From a virus (lineage: Duplodnaviria; Caudoviricetes), in the IMG/VR virus record IMGVR_UViG_3300031965_000101, positions 1 to 34,458 of that record: DNA of 34,458 nucleotides; one strand, written 5' to 3'. The position numbers and the translations under genes are program-made. The notes below the pieces were generated by a model. It worked only from the letters and a program-made list of their open reading frames with translations, did not search any database and had not been told where the DNA came from. The first letter of the stretch is position 1. Each line of letters begins with the position of its first letter. This document shows positions 25,308 to 34,458 of the stretch, one piece after another.

Positions 25308-25904
25308 ATGGCGACATGGAAATTCGATATTGCAACTCATAAGGGGTTGACTCTATACGTTCACGTCAAGGATGCTGACGGAAAGACGAATAACGGGAAC
25401 GTATATGAGACGTTTAATATATCGAATTGGGCTGATTATTCAAAGGCGATGACGGAGACGGATTTAGGAGCGGCCTCTCCTGAGATAGGATTGTATAGTT
25501 TTACCGGAGGTTCTGCCTATAGTACGCCCGCATTCGCGTTTGTTTTCGAGCAAGAGGGTGTTTCTCCCGCATCTTCAGATACACAGGTCGGCCTTGCGAC
25601 AATTACTGAAGTTACGGCTGTCACGGCGCCAACGTCTGAACCCTATACGGAAACGAATCTCAAGATACAGCTCACCAGTATTCAGACCGCGATAAATAAT
25701 GCACTCGTGAGTCCGAGGCCGGATTGGAGCGTGGGGCAGGTGAGAATGTCTCAGGGGAGCTATCTCAAAATGTTATTCGATCAACAGGCGGAGATCATCA
25801 AACAACTGAAGTCAATCCCGACGGAAGATATTTCTACTCACCAGGATGCTATTGGGCCATTCGGAGAGGATGTCACAGATTATGTCGGCGAGGAGGCTTT
25901 TTAA
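25308..25904 (+). CDS. Putative head completion/adaptor protein with N-terminal beta domain
   Basis: C-terminal helix-hairpin-helix (IQTAINNAL..PDWSVGQVRMS...LKML) resembles gpW-like adaptors. Located just before the head-closure gene. Confidence 0.55.
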   Translation: MATWKFDIATHKGLTLYVHVKDADGKTNNGNVYETFNISNWADYSKAMTETDLGAASPEIGLYSFTGGSAYSTPAFAFVFEQEGVSPASSDTQVGLATITEVTAVTAPTSEPYTETNLKIQLTSIQTAINNALVSPRPDWSVGQVRMSQGSYLKMLFDQQAEIIKQLKSIPTEDISTHQDAIGPFGEDVTDYVGEEAF

Positions 25905-26273
25905 ATGCCTTCCGTTTTCCTTGAGGGTATGCGCGAGGATATTGAATCTCTCGTTACCGAATGGGGGAAAACATGCGGGGTGACGCGACTGAGCGCTTCT
26001 CTGAACGGACAGGGAAGATTATCCGGTTCGTTCGCATCTATTGTTGCATCGGAACAACTTTGGATACAACCGATAGAAGGGATGTCTCGTGTTGTTGATT
26101 TTGGAATAAATGACGAGACGACACATCTCGCATGGCAGAAGCATGATGGAACGGTATTGAGACCCAAAGACAGAGTTCTTGTCGTAGGTGAATCTTTTGC
26201 ATATGATGTCCTATATGTGCATGTCAAAGAAAGCCATAGGGTCATGGAACTCAAGCAGATAACGAGGACGTAA
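25905..26273 (+). CDS. Head closure/stopper protein
   Basis: 122 aa, beta-rich, LRPKDRVLV...YDVLYV. Neck-module position. Confidence 0.7.
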   Translation: MPSVFLEGMREDIESLVTEWGKTCGVTRLSASLNGQGRLSGSFASIVASEQLWIQPIEGMSRVVDFGINDETTHLAWQKHDGTVLRPKDRVLVVGESFAYDVLYVHVKESHRVMELKQITRT

Positions 26274-26650
26274 TGGCGGACAGGGTTTATGGTCACGATC
26301 AGGTAATTAGGAATCTGAGCCAATACCGGAAAGAGCTTGTTGCCAGGATTGTTCGAGCTGCTACATCAACGCAGGCAAAAGTCGTGAATAATGCAAAGGG
26401 CGTTCTTCGTCCTGGGTATGGGTATATCACAGGAAATTTGCAAAGATCAATCGGTGCGGGACAGGTCATAATCAAAAGCAAAGAGGTAAAAGTCTTTGTC
26501 GAGGCAAATGCGGAATATGCGAGCCATGTTGAGATGGGGACAAGTCGGTCGCGCGCGAAGCCGTTCTTGGGCCCTGCCCTTTTAAAGAATCGGGCCTTTT
26601 ACCAAAAGAGTATGAAGCAAGCGCTGAAGCCGCCGCCGATGAAGAAATAA
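26273..26650 (+). CDS. HK97 gp10-like tail completion protein
   Basis: TGNLQRSI...YASHVEMGTSRSRAKPFLGPAL signature. Confidence 0.9.
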   Translation: MADRVYGHDQVIRNLSQYRKELVARIVRAATSTQAKVVNNAKGVLRPGYGYITGNLQRSIGAGQVIIKSKEVKVFVEANAEYASHVEMGTSRSRAKPFLGPALLKNRAFYQKSMKQALKPPPMKK

Positions 26651-26661
26651 ACTGGGAAAAA

Positions 26662-27090
26662 ATGAAGGACGTAGAGACGCTTATATTTTCTCGATTGACG
26701 GGGGACACGGGAAGCGGAAGCCTTGAGTCTCTACTTGGCGGATCAGGGCGGATCAGATGTGGGTATCAGCAAGGGGCGGCGCTTTCCCCCTCTCTTGTGT
26801 TCTGGATGTTCACCGGCGGGCCTGGGCTTGTCAGACCTGACCGTGCGTTCACGTTCGAGGATTTTTATCAGTTCGATGTTTTTTCAAATTCACACCCGGA
26901 CATTACGTTTCGGCTCAAAAGATTGTTTGATGGGCATTGCTTCGACGATTCTGGGCTGTCTGAAGTCGGCGGTATTTCGTCGGTATTCGACTGGGAGGGG
27001 CCGGATGGATTTGACGAGGCGTTGGAAGTGATGAGGAAATCAGTGCGGTTTAGATTCTTCTCCGCAATCGCGGCGCAGAATCCAATATGA
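26662..27090 (+). CDS. Tail terminator (DUF3168-like)
   Basis: Located between the gp10-like and tail tube genes; YQFDVFS motif; 142 aa. Confidence 0.7.
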   Translation: MKDVETLIFSRLTGDTGSGSLESLLGGSGRIRCGYQQGAALSPSLVFWMFTGGPGLVRPDRAFTFEDFYQFDVFSNSHPDITFRLKRLFDGHCFDDSGLSEVGGISSVFDWEGPDGFDEALEVMRKSVRFRFFSAIAAQNPI

Positions 27091-27105
27091 TAATAGGAGG
27101 ATGAA

Positions 27106-27879
27106 ATGTCAGGATTAAATGCAAATGGATATACGGAGACAAAAAGGCTTTTGCTCGGCCTTGGCGATGCTTATATTAATAATGTTTTCGTCGGGAATCT
27201 GAAGGGAAGTGTTGTATTCAATAACACGAGAACGTATGCATATCAACGTGCCGGGAACAATATTGCCGATCAGAAGGCCGAGGTGATTGGAGAGGAAACG
27301 ATCCTAACGGCTGAGATTTGCGACTTTAAGTTATCGCAATTGAGGCGCGCTTTTGGGGTAAACGAGGCGGTTGACACAACGACGGCTAAGACGATCAGAA
27401 AAAGAGAGGTTCTCAAACTGAGTGCCACGACTCCGACGAGTCCGGTTGAAGCGATTACAGAGGCAGTCGCCGTCTCTTCGCTTGATAGGAAAACGTTGTA
27501 TGTGTCCGGCACTGACTATAGATTATCCGGATCGCCATTGGATATCATACGAGAATCCGGCGCAGGTATTTCCGATGGACAGTTTGTCATCCTGGAATAC
27601 AACTTCAGTGATACGGGAGCCAATTCACTTCGAGTCGGTGGTGAGACGAGAACTCCGAATACATTTGATTTGAAATTTACGCATCTTGATTCAAGCGGAA
27701 AATATATTCAAATCAACATTTTTGTTGCAGTGGCAAATACAGAATTTACGATTGCGTTCAATGAAAGGAGTTCCGGCGATTATACTATGCACAATGTAAG
27801 TTTCAAGGGATTGATAGATGTGACAAAACCGGAAGGACAGAATGTATTTGAGATCGTCCAGGAGGATGCGGCGGCCTAA
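27106..27879 (+). CDS. Major tail tube protein with inserted Ig-like domain
   Basis: LLLGLGDAYI...VGNLKGSV tube motif. Insertion containing TLYVSGTDY...ISDGQFVILEYNF. AGGAGG SD. Confidence 0.85.
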   Translation: MSGLNANGYTETKRLLLGLGDAYINNVFVGNLKGSVVFNNTRTYAYQRAGNNIADQKAEVIGEETILTAEICDFKLSQLRRAFGVNEAVDTTTAKTIRKREVLKLSATTPTSPVEAITEAVAVSSLDRKTLYVSGTDYRLSGSPLDIIRESGAGISDGQFVILEYNFSDTGANSLRVGGETRTPNTFDLKFTHLDSSGKYIQINIFVAVANTEFTIAFNERSSGDYTMHNVSFKGLIDVTKPEGQNVFEIVQEDAAA

Positions 27880-27914
27880 ATATAGCAGGATCGGGAAAAA
27901 GGATGAGAGCTTAA

Positions 27915-28985
27915 ATGCCGAATCTTGAGGAACAAGTAAATGAATTGAAAGATGCCGGATATCCGGTGAGGAAGGGTATCCGGCAATTTTCTGAGGAATC
28001 GGGGAGAGATGTAGCGGATAATATCTGGCTTCACCGATGGGCCAAACACGCCGCGCAGAATTATCCCATCGTGACCCGTTCGGCGGGTGTCCGGTTCTTA
28101 GAAAACGCGGCGAAGGGCGTCCCCGCGTTCGTCATCGGGATCGGCCCGAGCCTTGACAATAATATCGCAAAGCTCAAGGGACTCGATGGGCGCGCATTAA
28201 TATTTGCCACAGACGCGGCGTACAGACCGTTGCTTGCAAATGGTATAATTCCCGATCTCGTAATGACGTATGACTGCCAGAGTGCCCAAAAAAACCTGTT
28301 TGATCATTCTTATTGCGAAGACCCACCGGCTCTACTATGCAACTCATGTTCACACCCCGACACGATATCAGCTTGGGAAGGGCCCATTCTGTTTTATAAC
28401 CAGTGGCATACAAAGGATGTTTTCATTGAATTCCTTCTGCCGTATATCTTCCCACTTATAGGACAAATCCCGTCATCCGGCACGGTCGGAAATATGCTCG
28501 TCAATGTTGCGTATATCTTGGGATGCAATCCCATCTTTACCGTTGGGATGGACTTATGCTATGCGAAACATGGGGAGGGGTGGCGCTACCGATGCCAGGA
28601 TTATAAGTATGGGAAGATTGATGACAGCGGGCAAGGCGGGTGGATAAAGAATGATAATTTGATCCTGTATGACAATGATGACAGGGTAAGAAGTTCATTC
28701 GACGAGGAAATAAACGGGGAGAAATTCCGCGTTGATGCAGAGCTCAAGACATACCGGGAAGCGTTGATCGGGCTTTGTCGTGGATTGGGGATCAAGATCA
28801 TAGATTGCAGTGTGGATGGGATACTCCGAATGTATTTCAGAACGATTTCCGTTGAACAAGCGGCATTGGAATTTTGTACATATAAAATGATGGAGGGACG
28901 AACGGTTGTTCCGCACTTGTCAAAGATAATCCCAGACGGACGGAAAATTTGGGAGGAACAAAGGAAGAACGGGTGGGTATGCTGA
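27915..28985 (+). CDS. Maf/DUF115 (MptE-like) family protein, putative glycosyltransferase
   Basis: AFVIGIGPSLDNNI, ATDAAYRPLLANGIIPDLVMTYD, SGTVGNM, AYILGCNPIFTVGMDLC, IIDCS - the conserved motif series of motility-associated-factor proteins. Confidence 0.85.
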   Translation: MPNLEEQVNELKDAGYPVRKGIRQFSEESGRDVADNIWLHRWAKHAAQNYPIVTRSAGVRFLENAAKGVPAFVIGIGPSLDNNIAKLKGLDGRALIFATDAAYRPLLANGIIPDLVMTYDCQSAQKNLFDHSYCEDPPALLCNSCSHPDTISAWEGPILFYNQWHTKDVFIEFLLPYIFPLIGQIPSSGTVGNMLVNVAYILGCNPIFTVGMDLCYAKHGEGWRYRCQDYKYGKIDDSGQGGWIKNDNLILYDNDDRVRSSFDEEINGEKFRVDAELKTYREALIGLCRGLGIKIIDCSVDGILRMYFRTISVEQAALEFCTYKMMEGRTVVPHLSKIIPDGRKIWEEQRKNGWVC

Positions 28986-29977
28986 TATTCCACGTCACGA
29001 CGACAGACCCCGCCGGCGCGGCGTATAATCTCGTCCAGTCTGTCAATCAGAACACAAAGCACCGTGCGAGGCTTCTGACTACTGTTCCGAATGCTTATGG
29101 TCATCCGACGGATATTGCCGAAATACCAGACTATGGAGATGAGGTTGAAGAATTGCTTCTGAGTGCAGACGTGATTCACTTCCATAAGATCAATGAAGAC
29201 TTCGAGATCGCGTTCAACTCAAAGCGCCCTCGAAGATGGAGAGTCAAGGATTTCCTTACTGTCAATGGAAAGAAAAAGCGGGTAGTGTATCATGTGCACG
29301 GCCATCCTTACGAGCGCGCGAACGTTCAGGAGAACGGGGAACTGTACAAGGAAAGAAATGCAGTCGTGCTCTGCTCGACACCGGACTTGCAAGAAATGTA
29401 TTCGCCGTACTGTAATGCGCGATTTTTCCCAAATTGCGTCCCCGTATTCGACTCAAAATATCTTCCGCGTGAGACGGATAAAATGGCCCAGGACGTAAAC
29501 GGAGAAAAGCGGTGGATCGTATCCCACACGGTCAGCGATAGGAATCTGAAGAATTGCGATATGATTGAGAAGGCCGTCAATTATGTCGCGCGGACACAGC
29601 CTGTCAATCTCATGACGATCGAGAACACGCCGTTCAAGATGGCGATGGTATGGAAGCGAATCGCTCATGTCGTATTCGATCATATGCAGGGATACTACGG
29701 GTTATCGTCTCTTGAGGGGATGGCGATGGGGAAGCCGGTCATTGCGGGATTGAATGATCATACGATAAAGAGCATTATGGAATTTTTCGATATCGGCGAC
29801 ATCATGCCGTGGCAGAGGCCGCGCGACCAGTCTGGTTTGAACGATTGCCTGATGGATTTGATAGCGAACCCCGAATTGCGCCGAGTCATGGGCGCGCGCG
29901 GGAGGGAATTCATGGAAGGCGTTTGGAATGAAAAATTCATAGGGGGGAAGCTCGGTGAGCTCTACGAATCTCTATAG
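28979..29977 (+). CDS. GT-B fold glycosyltransferase (GT4-like)
   Basis: Start at ATG 28979. ADVIHFH, YHVHG, and GYYGLSSLEGMAMGKPVI...LIANPELRRVMGARGREF. Confidence 0.85.
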   Translation: MLIFHVTTTDPAGAAYNLVQSVNQNTKHRARLLTTVPNAYGHPTDIAEIPDYGDEVEELLLSADVIHFHKINEDFEIAFNSKRPRRWRVKDFLTVNGKKKRVVYHVHGHPYERANVQENGELYKERNAVVLCSTPDLQEMYSPYCNARFFPNCVPVFDSKYLPRETDKMAQDVNGEKRWIVSHTVSDRNLKNCDMIEKAVNYVARTQPVNLMTIENTPFKMAMVWKRIAHVVFDHMQGYYGLSSLEGMAMGKPVIAGLNDHTIKSIMEFFDIGDIMPWQRPRDQSGLNDCLMDLIANPELRRVMGARGREFMEGVWNEKFIGGKLGELYESL

Positions 29978-30728
29978 AAAAAATCCGCCGGATGGGACGG
30001 TGGGAATCGTCATCCCGATGAGAGACAACCTACACTATTTCAAGCTGGCGTTCCATTCCGTGCTTTCATTCACCGATGTCCCGTACATGCTCACGATCGT
30101 GGACAACATGAGCACGTTCCAGACCCGTCTTTATCTTCGGAGCCTGATGAGGAACCACCAAATAAATGTCATGCAATATCAGGAGGACTTCAATTACGGG
30201 GCCGAGGTGAACATTGCAATGCGCCAGATGTTTGAGAACCCAGATGTGAAATTTGGCCTCTGCCTCAACTCGGATACTGTGGTAGAAAAGGGATGGCTCA
30301 AGAATTTATCTGAGAATTTCAGGCAACATCCGAAGCTCGGAGTGGTCGGCCCGATATCGAATATCGCCATACCACCGCAACAAATCGGACGCTCATCCGA
30401 TCTATTTGATACGGAGTACGTTTCTGGGTTCTGCATGATGTTCAGACGGGAGGTATTCGAGGCGCTTGACGGATTCGATGAACGCTATGTCGGGGGATGC
30501 TATGAAGATCAGGATTTTTGCATTCGGGCGATTGAAAAAGGATGGCATGTCAGTATAGATAGCTCTGTTTACATCCATCATTTCTGGCGAGTGACAAGAA
30601 ACCTGGACCCGCTTGCAAATGAGAATGTGCAGAAAAATAGGGAGAGATTCCTTCAAAAATTCCAAAATATAAATTTGGAAAAAATTCATACTTTCCCTGC
30701 AAGATTAGCAAAGGCTTTGAGGGAATAA
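29955..30728 (+). CDS. GT-A fold glycosyltransferase (GT2)
   Basis: VGIVIPM, TIVDNMS, LNSDTVV, VSGFCMMFRREVF..LDGFDE.Y..G.YEDQDFC. Confidence 0.9.
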   Translation: MSSTNLYRKNPPDGTVGIVIPMRDNLHYFKLAFHSVLSFTDVPYMLTIVDNMSTFQTRLYLRSLMRNHQINVMQYQEDFNYGAEVNIAMRQMFENPDVKFGLCLNSDTVVEKGWLKNLSENFRQHPKLGVVGPISNIAIPPQQIGRSSDLFDTEYVSGFCMMFRREVFEALDGFDERYVGGCYEDQDFCIRAIEKGWHVSIDSSVYIHHFWRVTRNLDPLANENVQKNRERFLQKFQNINLEKIHTFPARLAKALRE

Positions 30729-30729
30729 A

Positions 30730-31251
30730 TTGACACTCGTCGAAGAGCGCTATAATATCGCGTTGAAATTGCGGAGCGATATTAAGGAGCATATCCCTTT
30801 TTTATCTGCCTTTGCCAGAGGGAATATTCTTGAATTTGGTGTCCGTGACGGAATTTCCACGGCTGCATTTCTATATGGGATCGAACGTCAAGGGGGAATC
30901 CTTTGGAGCGTTGATAAGAATCCGGAGTGCGGAAAATTGTTTTCCGGCCATCCGCTTTGGAGATTCATACAGGCAGACTCATGCGATGTGACGCGAATCA
31001 TTGATTTGGGCCTTCCAGGGAAACTCGATATCGTTTTTTTGGACACGGAGCACGATTATGAGCATGTCTCAAACGAGTTGACTTCCTGGCATACGATGGT
31101 TGATATGGATGGAATGATATTGGTACATGACGTAATAGAATATGGGCAGGCGGCGGGACGAGCATGTGAAGATTTTTCAAAATGTTATGGATGGAATTAC
31201 GTGATACGACCCGGGTCGAATGGCCTGGGAATATTAAATAGGAGGATGTAA
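30730..31251 (+). CDS. Class I SAM-dependent methyltransferase (Methyltransf_24-like)
   Basis: ILEFGVRDGIST, LWSVD, DIVFLDTEHDYE, GMILVHD. Confidence 0.85.
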   Translation: MTLVEERYNIALKLRSDIKEHIPFLSAFARGNILEFGVRDGISTAAFLYGIERQGGILWSVDKNPECGKLFSGHPLWRFIQADSCDVTRIIDLGLPGKLDIVFLDTEHDYEHVSNELTSWHTMVDMDGMILVHDVIEYGQAAGRACEDFSKCYGWNYVIRPGSNGLGILNRRM

Positions 31252-31664
31252 TGCAAGAGTCAAATGACCTGAAAGCCGGAGACAAAACGACGTATGTGGT
31301 TGCGGGAGAAAATCTATTTATCGAGCCGAGACCTTATGGCGTTCTTTGTGATATCGTGGGATTGGTGTTCGGTTCGATAACGGATATCGGGAAAATGGAA
31401 GCGGGGGGGATTATAGCACAACTGCCATCAATCATAAAAACCAAGCTCCCGCAGATTTTCGCACTCGCGTTTGATCGTCGGAGACATCCATTTCTAAACG
31501 AAGAATGGATGAGCAACAACCTGACATTCATTGATATACAGAAAATCATCGAGAGATTCATCAAGGTTAATAACCTAGAGGATTTTTTAGAAAAGATGTT
31601 CCCGGAGATCAAGCGCAAGAAGGAGGCGCAGGTTCGGGAACTTCAGGAGACGCAGGGAAAATAG
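31251..31664 (+). CDS. Tail assembly chaperone (gpG-like)
   Basis: AGGAGG SD, upstream of the tape measure gene, ends at a slippery site (…CAG GGA AAA TAG). Confidence 0.85.
   Translation: MQESNDLKAGDKTTYVVAGENLFIEPRPYGVLCDIVGLVFGSITDIGKMEAGGIIAQLPSIIKTKLPQIFALAFDRRRHPFLNEEWMSNNLTFIDIQKIIERFIKVNNLEDFLEKMFPEIKRKKEAQVRELQETQGK
31655..31661 (+). promoter_or_regulatory. Programmed -1 ribosomal frameshift site G GGA AAA
   Basis: X XXY YYZ heptamer in the correct phase just before the stop. The -1 frame is open to 31912. Confidence 0.85.
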
Positions 31665-31912
31665 AAGATGGGGAATATCTTGCCCAGTCTTTTGTCCATC
31701 ACCTTTTGGCCATGACCTATGGGTGGACGATAGAATATATTGATGGACTGACATGGCCGAATATTAAGAAGATGCTCAGACAGATAGCAGAAAGACCTCC
31801 GGCGGGAATTATCCTTTCGGAGGTATTCAAAAAGAGAACCGAGCCAACATCCAGTCAAATCGGCGGTATTGGTTTACCGTTCAAGAAAGGGAAGATACTG
31901 AGGAGAAAATAA
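31655..31912 (+). CDS. Tail assembly chaperone extension (gpT-like, -1 frame)
   Basis: GKIEDGEYLAQSFVHHLLAMTYGWTIEYIDGLTW...; 'YGWT.EYI..LT' is typical of gpT-like segments. Confidence 0.8.
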   Translation, partial: GKIEDGEYLAQSFVHHLLAMTYGWTIEYIDGLTWPNIKKMLRQIAERPPAGIILSEVFKKRTEPTSSQIGGIGLPFKKGKILRRK

Positions 31913-33799
31913 ATGGCGACAAGCGCGGGCGAAATCATTGTCGAGCTTACGGCCAGGGTTGAAAAACTTGAGAAGGGCCTGAAGAAGGGCGAAAAGGCCG
32001 TCGAAGGCTATAGGAAAAAACTCAATAATTTCGTAAGAGCTCATGGGATCGTAATCGCGACAGCCGCAGCCGCGTTCAGCGCGTTCGTTCTCAAAGCCAC
32101 GAAGGCCGCATCAGATTTGCAGGAGATACAATCGAAATTCGATGTTGTGTTCAGGGGAAACACCGAGACCGCCAACAAATTCGCAAAGGAACTCCAAGAT
32201 AGTTATTTATTGTCGGAACTCTCCGCAAAAAGATTCCTCGCATCAATACAAGACACTCTGGTTCCCATGGGAATTGCGCGCGAGAAAGCCACGGGACTCT
32301 CTGCCGAGGTCGTAAAACTCGCCGCCGACCTCGGGTCTTTCAATAACATTCCCACCGAAATGGTCGTACGCGATCTTCAGTCCGCGCTCGTCGGGAATAC
32401 TGAGACGGTGAAAAAATACGGGATCGTTCTTAGGGCGACGGATATCCAACAGCGCGCGCTTGCGGATAGCGGGAAAACTGTTGCAAGTGAAATTACGCAA
32501 GCTGAAAAAGTTACTGCCGCATACAATATCATACTCGAAGGTTCCGCAGATGCGCAGGGGGATGTCGCAAGAACGTCTGACTCTTACGCAAACCAAGTCA
32601 GATTTATGAATGCTCGCATCGAAGATTTCATGGTGACGCTCGGAAAGCTTACGATTGGCCCGATGACATTGATGGTTGACAAATTGACGCTAATCGTCAA
32701 GGGGCTTGATGAGGCAATAGAGTCTATTGAGCAAGCCACCGTCACATTCGGCGGGTGGGGTCAGGTTATGCGGGCGGTTGTCTTGGAAGCATTGCGCTCT
32801 ATTACGAAAGGGACGCTTGATTTTATAAATGCTATGACGATACTCGGCCCAATTTTGAAGCTGATCGGCATTGATATCATGGGGCAAGTGAAAGCAAAAC
32901 TCGATGAGCAATTCAATGCGTGGCAGGCTTCGGGACAAGCCGCAGGATTGGCCGCTCAGGCGGCCTCAGATGCCGAAAACAAAAAACGTCAAGAGGTCGA
33001 GGCGACGAATCAGACGATAGTAAAGAGTGAGGTTGAACGTCAAGCTCAATTGACTGAACTTGCGAAACAGGGAGACGAAGCGAAAAAGGAACGAGACAAA
33101 CAAAAAAAAGAAGATGAAAAAGCCGCGTTTGAATTGTCTGAGCAATGGCGCAAGCAGGAAGCCGATGATGCGAATAAACTTGCTGATGACGCAGTAGAAA
33201 GATCGAAAAGAATAAAAAAATTCTTCATGATGGACACAAAGGAACATACTGAGTTTGCCATACAACAGGCACAGGCCATGTTCAACAATTTCGGCAGTGG
33301 GGTTGCCGATATGGTTCTTGAAGGGAGAAAATTTGCCGATGTGATGAAGGGTATATGGCAGGACATGGCGCGGGCATTTATAAGTTATGTAGCACAGATG
33401 ATTGCAAAGTGGCTGGCATTCATGGCGTTGAAAGCCGCATTTTCATTTGCGAGCGGCGGGGCTGGCGCTTTTTTTCAGGAAGGTGGATTGATTCGGGAGC
33501 CGTCTATTATCACTGGGCTTCGTTCAGGCAGACAAGCGCTTGCGGGTGAGGCTGGGACTGAGGCGGTTGTCCCCGTGGGTGGAGGGACAAATATTTCAGC
33601 GCAAGAGATGGGCACGAGTTTTAGGGGCGCTGGTGGGGGAGGGGGCGTAAATCTTACCATCAATATATCCGGGCAATTCTTGGAGGGATCAGAGACGAAA
33701 TGGCATTCCATGTTCCGCGATAAGATCATCCCGGAAGTCCGGCGGTTCACGATGTCGTCGCCGACCGGCCCATTTAATCGAAGAAGAGGAGTAGTGTAA
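31913..33799 (+). CDS. Tape measure protein
   Basis: AGEIIVELTA N-terminus, LAADLGSFNN, ALVGNTETVKKYGI, Ala-rich helices and C-terminal GG...AGEAGTEAVVP motif. Confidence 0.93.
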   Translation: MATSAGEIIVELTARVEKLEKGLKKGEKAVEGYRKKLNNFVRAHGIVIATAAAAFSAFVLKATKAASDLQEIQSKFDVVFRGNTETANKFAKELQDSYLLSELSAKRFLASIQDTLVPMGIAREKATGLSAEVVKLAADLGSFNNIPTEMVVRDLQSALVGNTETVKKYGIVLRATDIQQRALADSGKTVASEITQAEKVTAAYNIILEGSADAQGDVARTSDSYANQVRFMNARIEDFMVTLGKLTIGPMTLMVDKLTLIVKGLDEAIESIEQATVTFGGWGQVMRAVVLEALRSITKGTLDFINAMTILGPILKLIGIDIMGQVKAKLDEQFNAWQASGQAAGLAAQAASDAENKKRQEVEATNQTIVKSEVERQAQLTELAKQGDEAKKERDKQKKEDEKAAFELSEQWRKQEADDANKLADDAVERSKRIKKFFMMDTKEHTEFAIQQAQAMFNNFGSGVADMVLEGRKFADVMKGIWQDMARAFISYVAQMIAKWLAFMALKAAFSFASGGAGAFFQEGGLIREPSIITGLRSGRQALAGEAGTEAVVPVGGGTNISAQEMGTSFRGAGGGGGVNLTINISGQFLEGSETKWHSMFRDKIIPEVRRFTMSSPTGPFNRRRGVV

Positions 33800-34458
33800 A
33801 TGCCGGTATCTACGCTTTTCAATACTCAGCTTTGGAACACGCAACTATGGAATGGAGAGGCCAAGGCGCATGGAATAGGGATTGAACATGCGATACTCTT
33901 TATTACGACGACGATATCGTTGACCTGGGCGTCTGTCGCAAGTGCCACGCATTACCAAGTTCAGGTTTCTTTGTTCAGCGATTTCAGGACTATCTTTGAG
34001 ACTGCTGTCGTTACGGCCTCGGAACATTCGTTTACGGACGCGCAAACGAACAATGTGAAACGATATTGGCGCTGGCGTCCGTCCACAGATGGGGGGAGCA
34101 CGTACATGGAACCCTTCAGCGAGGTCGGCTCCTATTGGTTGGACACGGGCGCGGCGCAAGAGATCAGGCTTGATCGGAATGAGTTTATGCTTGCAGACGC
34201 GGATAATACCGCCGACCGATATCAATTCCAGCTTTTCCCAAATTACTCTATCGTTGATGTGAACCTTTTCAGGATACATCAGCGTAATTTACTGGGGGAA
34301 TTGCTTTCGGAGTTTCTTACGATAAAGTCAGAAATAACCATGATGTTTCAAGGGAATCAATATATCTCGAAACAGCAACACAATGAGTTTATCCGTTTCC
34401 ACAATATCGCGCGCGTCTGCTATCTCGTCGCCTACAAAGACGGAGAGAGAGCGCGCCC
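33800..34458 (+). CDS. Post-tape-measure tail protein (distal tail-like) with FN3-like N-terminal domain, 3'-truncated; not in ORF track
   Basis: ATG at 33800 directly after the TMP stop, frame open to the window end. MPVSTLFNTQLWNTQLWNG...LTWASVASATHYQVQVS...RYWRWRP is an FN3-like pattern. Confidence 0.7.
   Translation, partial: MPVSTLFNTQLWNTQLWNGEAKAHGIGIEHAILFITTTISLTWASVASATHYQVQVSLFSDFRTIFETAVVTASEHSFTDAQTNNVKRYWRWRPSTDGGSTYMEPFSEVGSYWLDTGAAQEIRLDRNEFMLADADNTADRYQFQLFPNYSIVDVNLFRIHQRNLLGELLSEFLTIKSEITMMFQGNQYISKQQHNEFIRFHNIARVCYLVAYKDGERAR

Noticed and set aside
33845-34279. 144-aa minus-strand ORF
   Set aside because: Antisense shadow of the + strand tail gene that starts at 33800 and runs off the window.

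Overview
This window is a 34.5 kb segment of a tailed dsDNA phage or prophage (siphovirus-like gene order), with essentially all real genes on the + strand. Positions 1-10.4 kb are an early/accessory region: two PD-(D/E)XK nucleases, a PC4-like ssDNA-binding protein, many small Cys-rich proteins, a 45-unit (X-Gly) repeat ORF, an Acb2/Tad1-like fragment, a PagL-like outer-membrane deacylase, a SAM methyltransferase and a lipoprotein. It also holds two related intergenic tRNA-like RNAs with an 8-bp acceptor / 5-bp T-stem fold. Positions 10.4-34.5 kb are the morphogenesis operon: TerS, TerL, portal, gp7/F-like head protein, protease/scaffold, decoration protein, major capsid, neck, tail tube, tail chaperones with a GGGAAAA -1 frameshift, tape measure and a truncated post-tape-measure tail gene. 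Two insertions in this operon stand out: (i) six consecutive fibre/lectin-like genes after the capsid gene that all begin with Sec-type signal peptides, and (ii) a Maf/DUF115 + GT4-like + GT2 + methyltransferase cassette between the tail tube and tail chaperone genes, suggesting virion or surface glycosylation. No integrase, DNA polymerase or endolysin was recognised in the window. All family assignments come from motif recognition by eye and gene order, not database searches.
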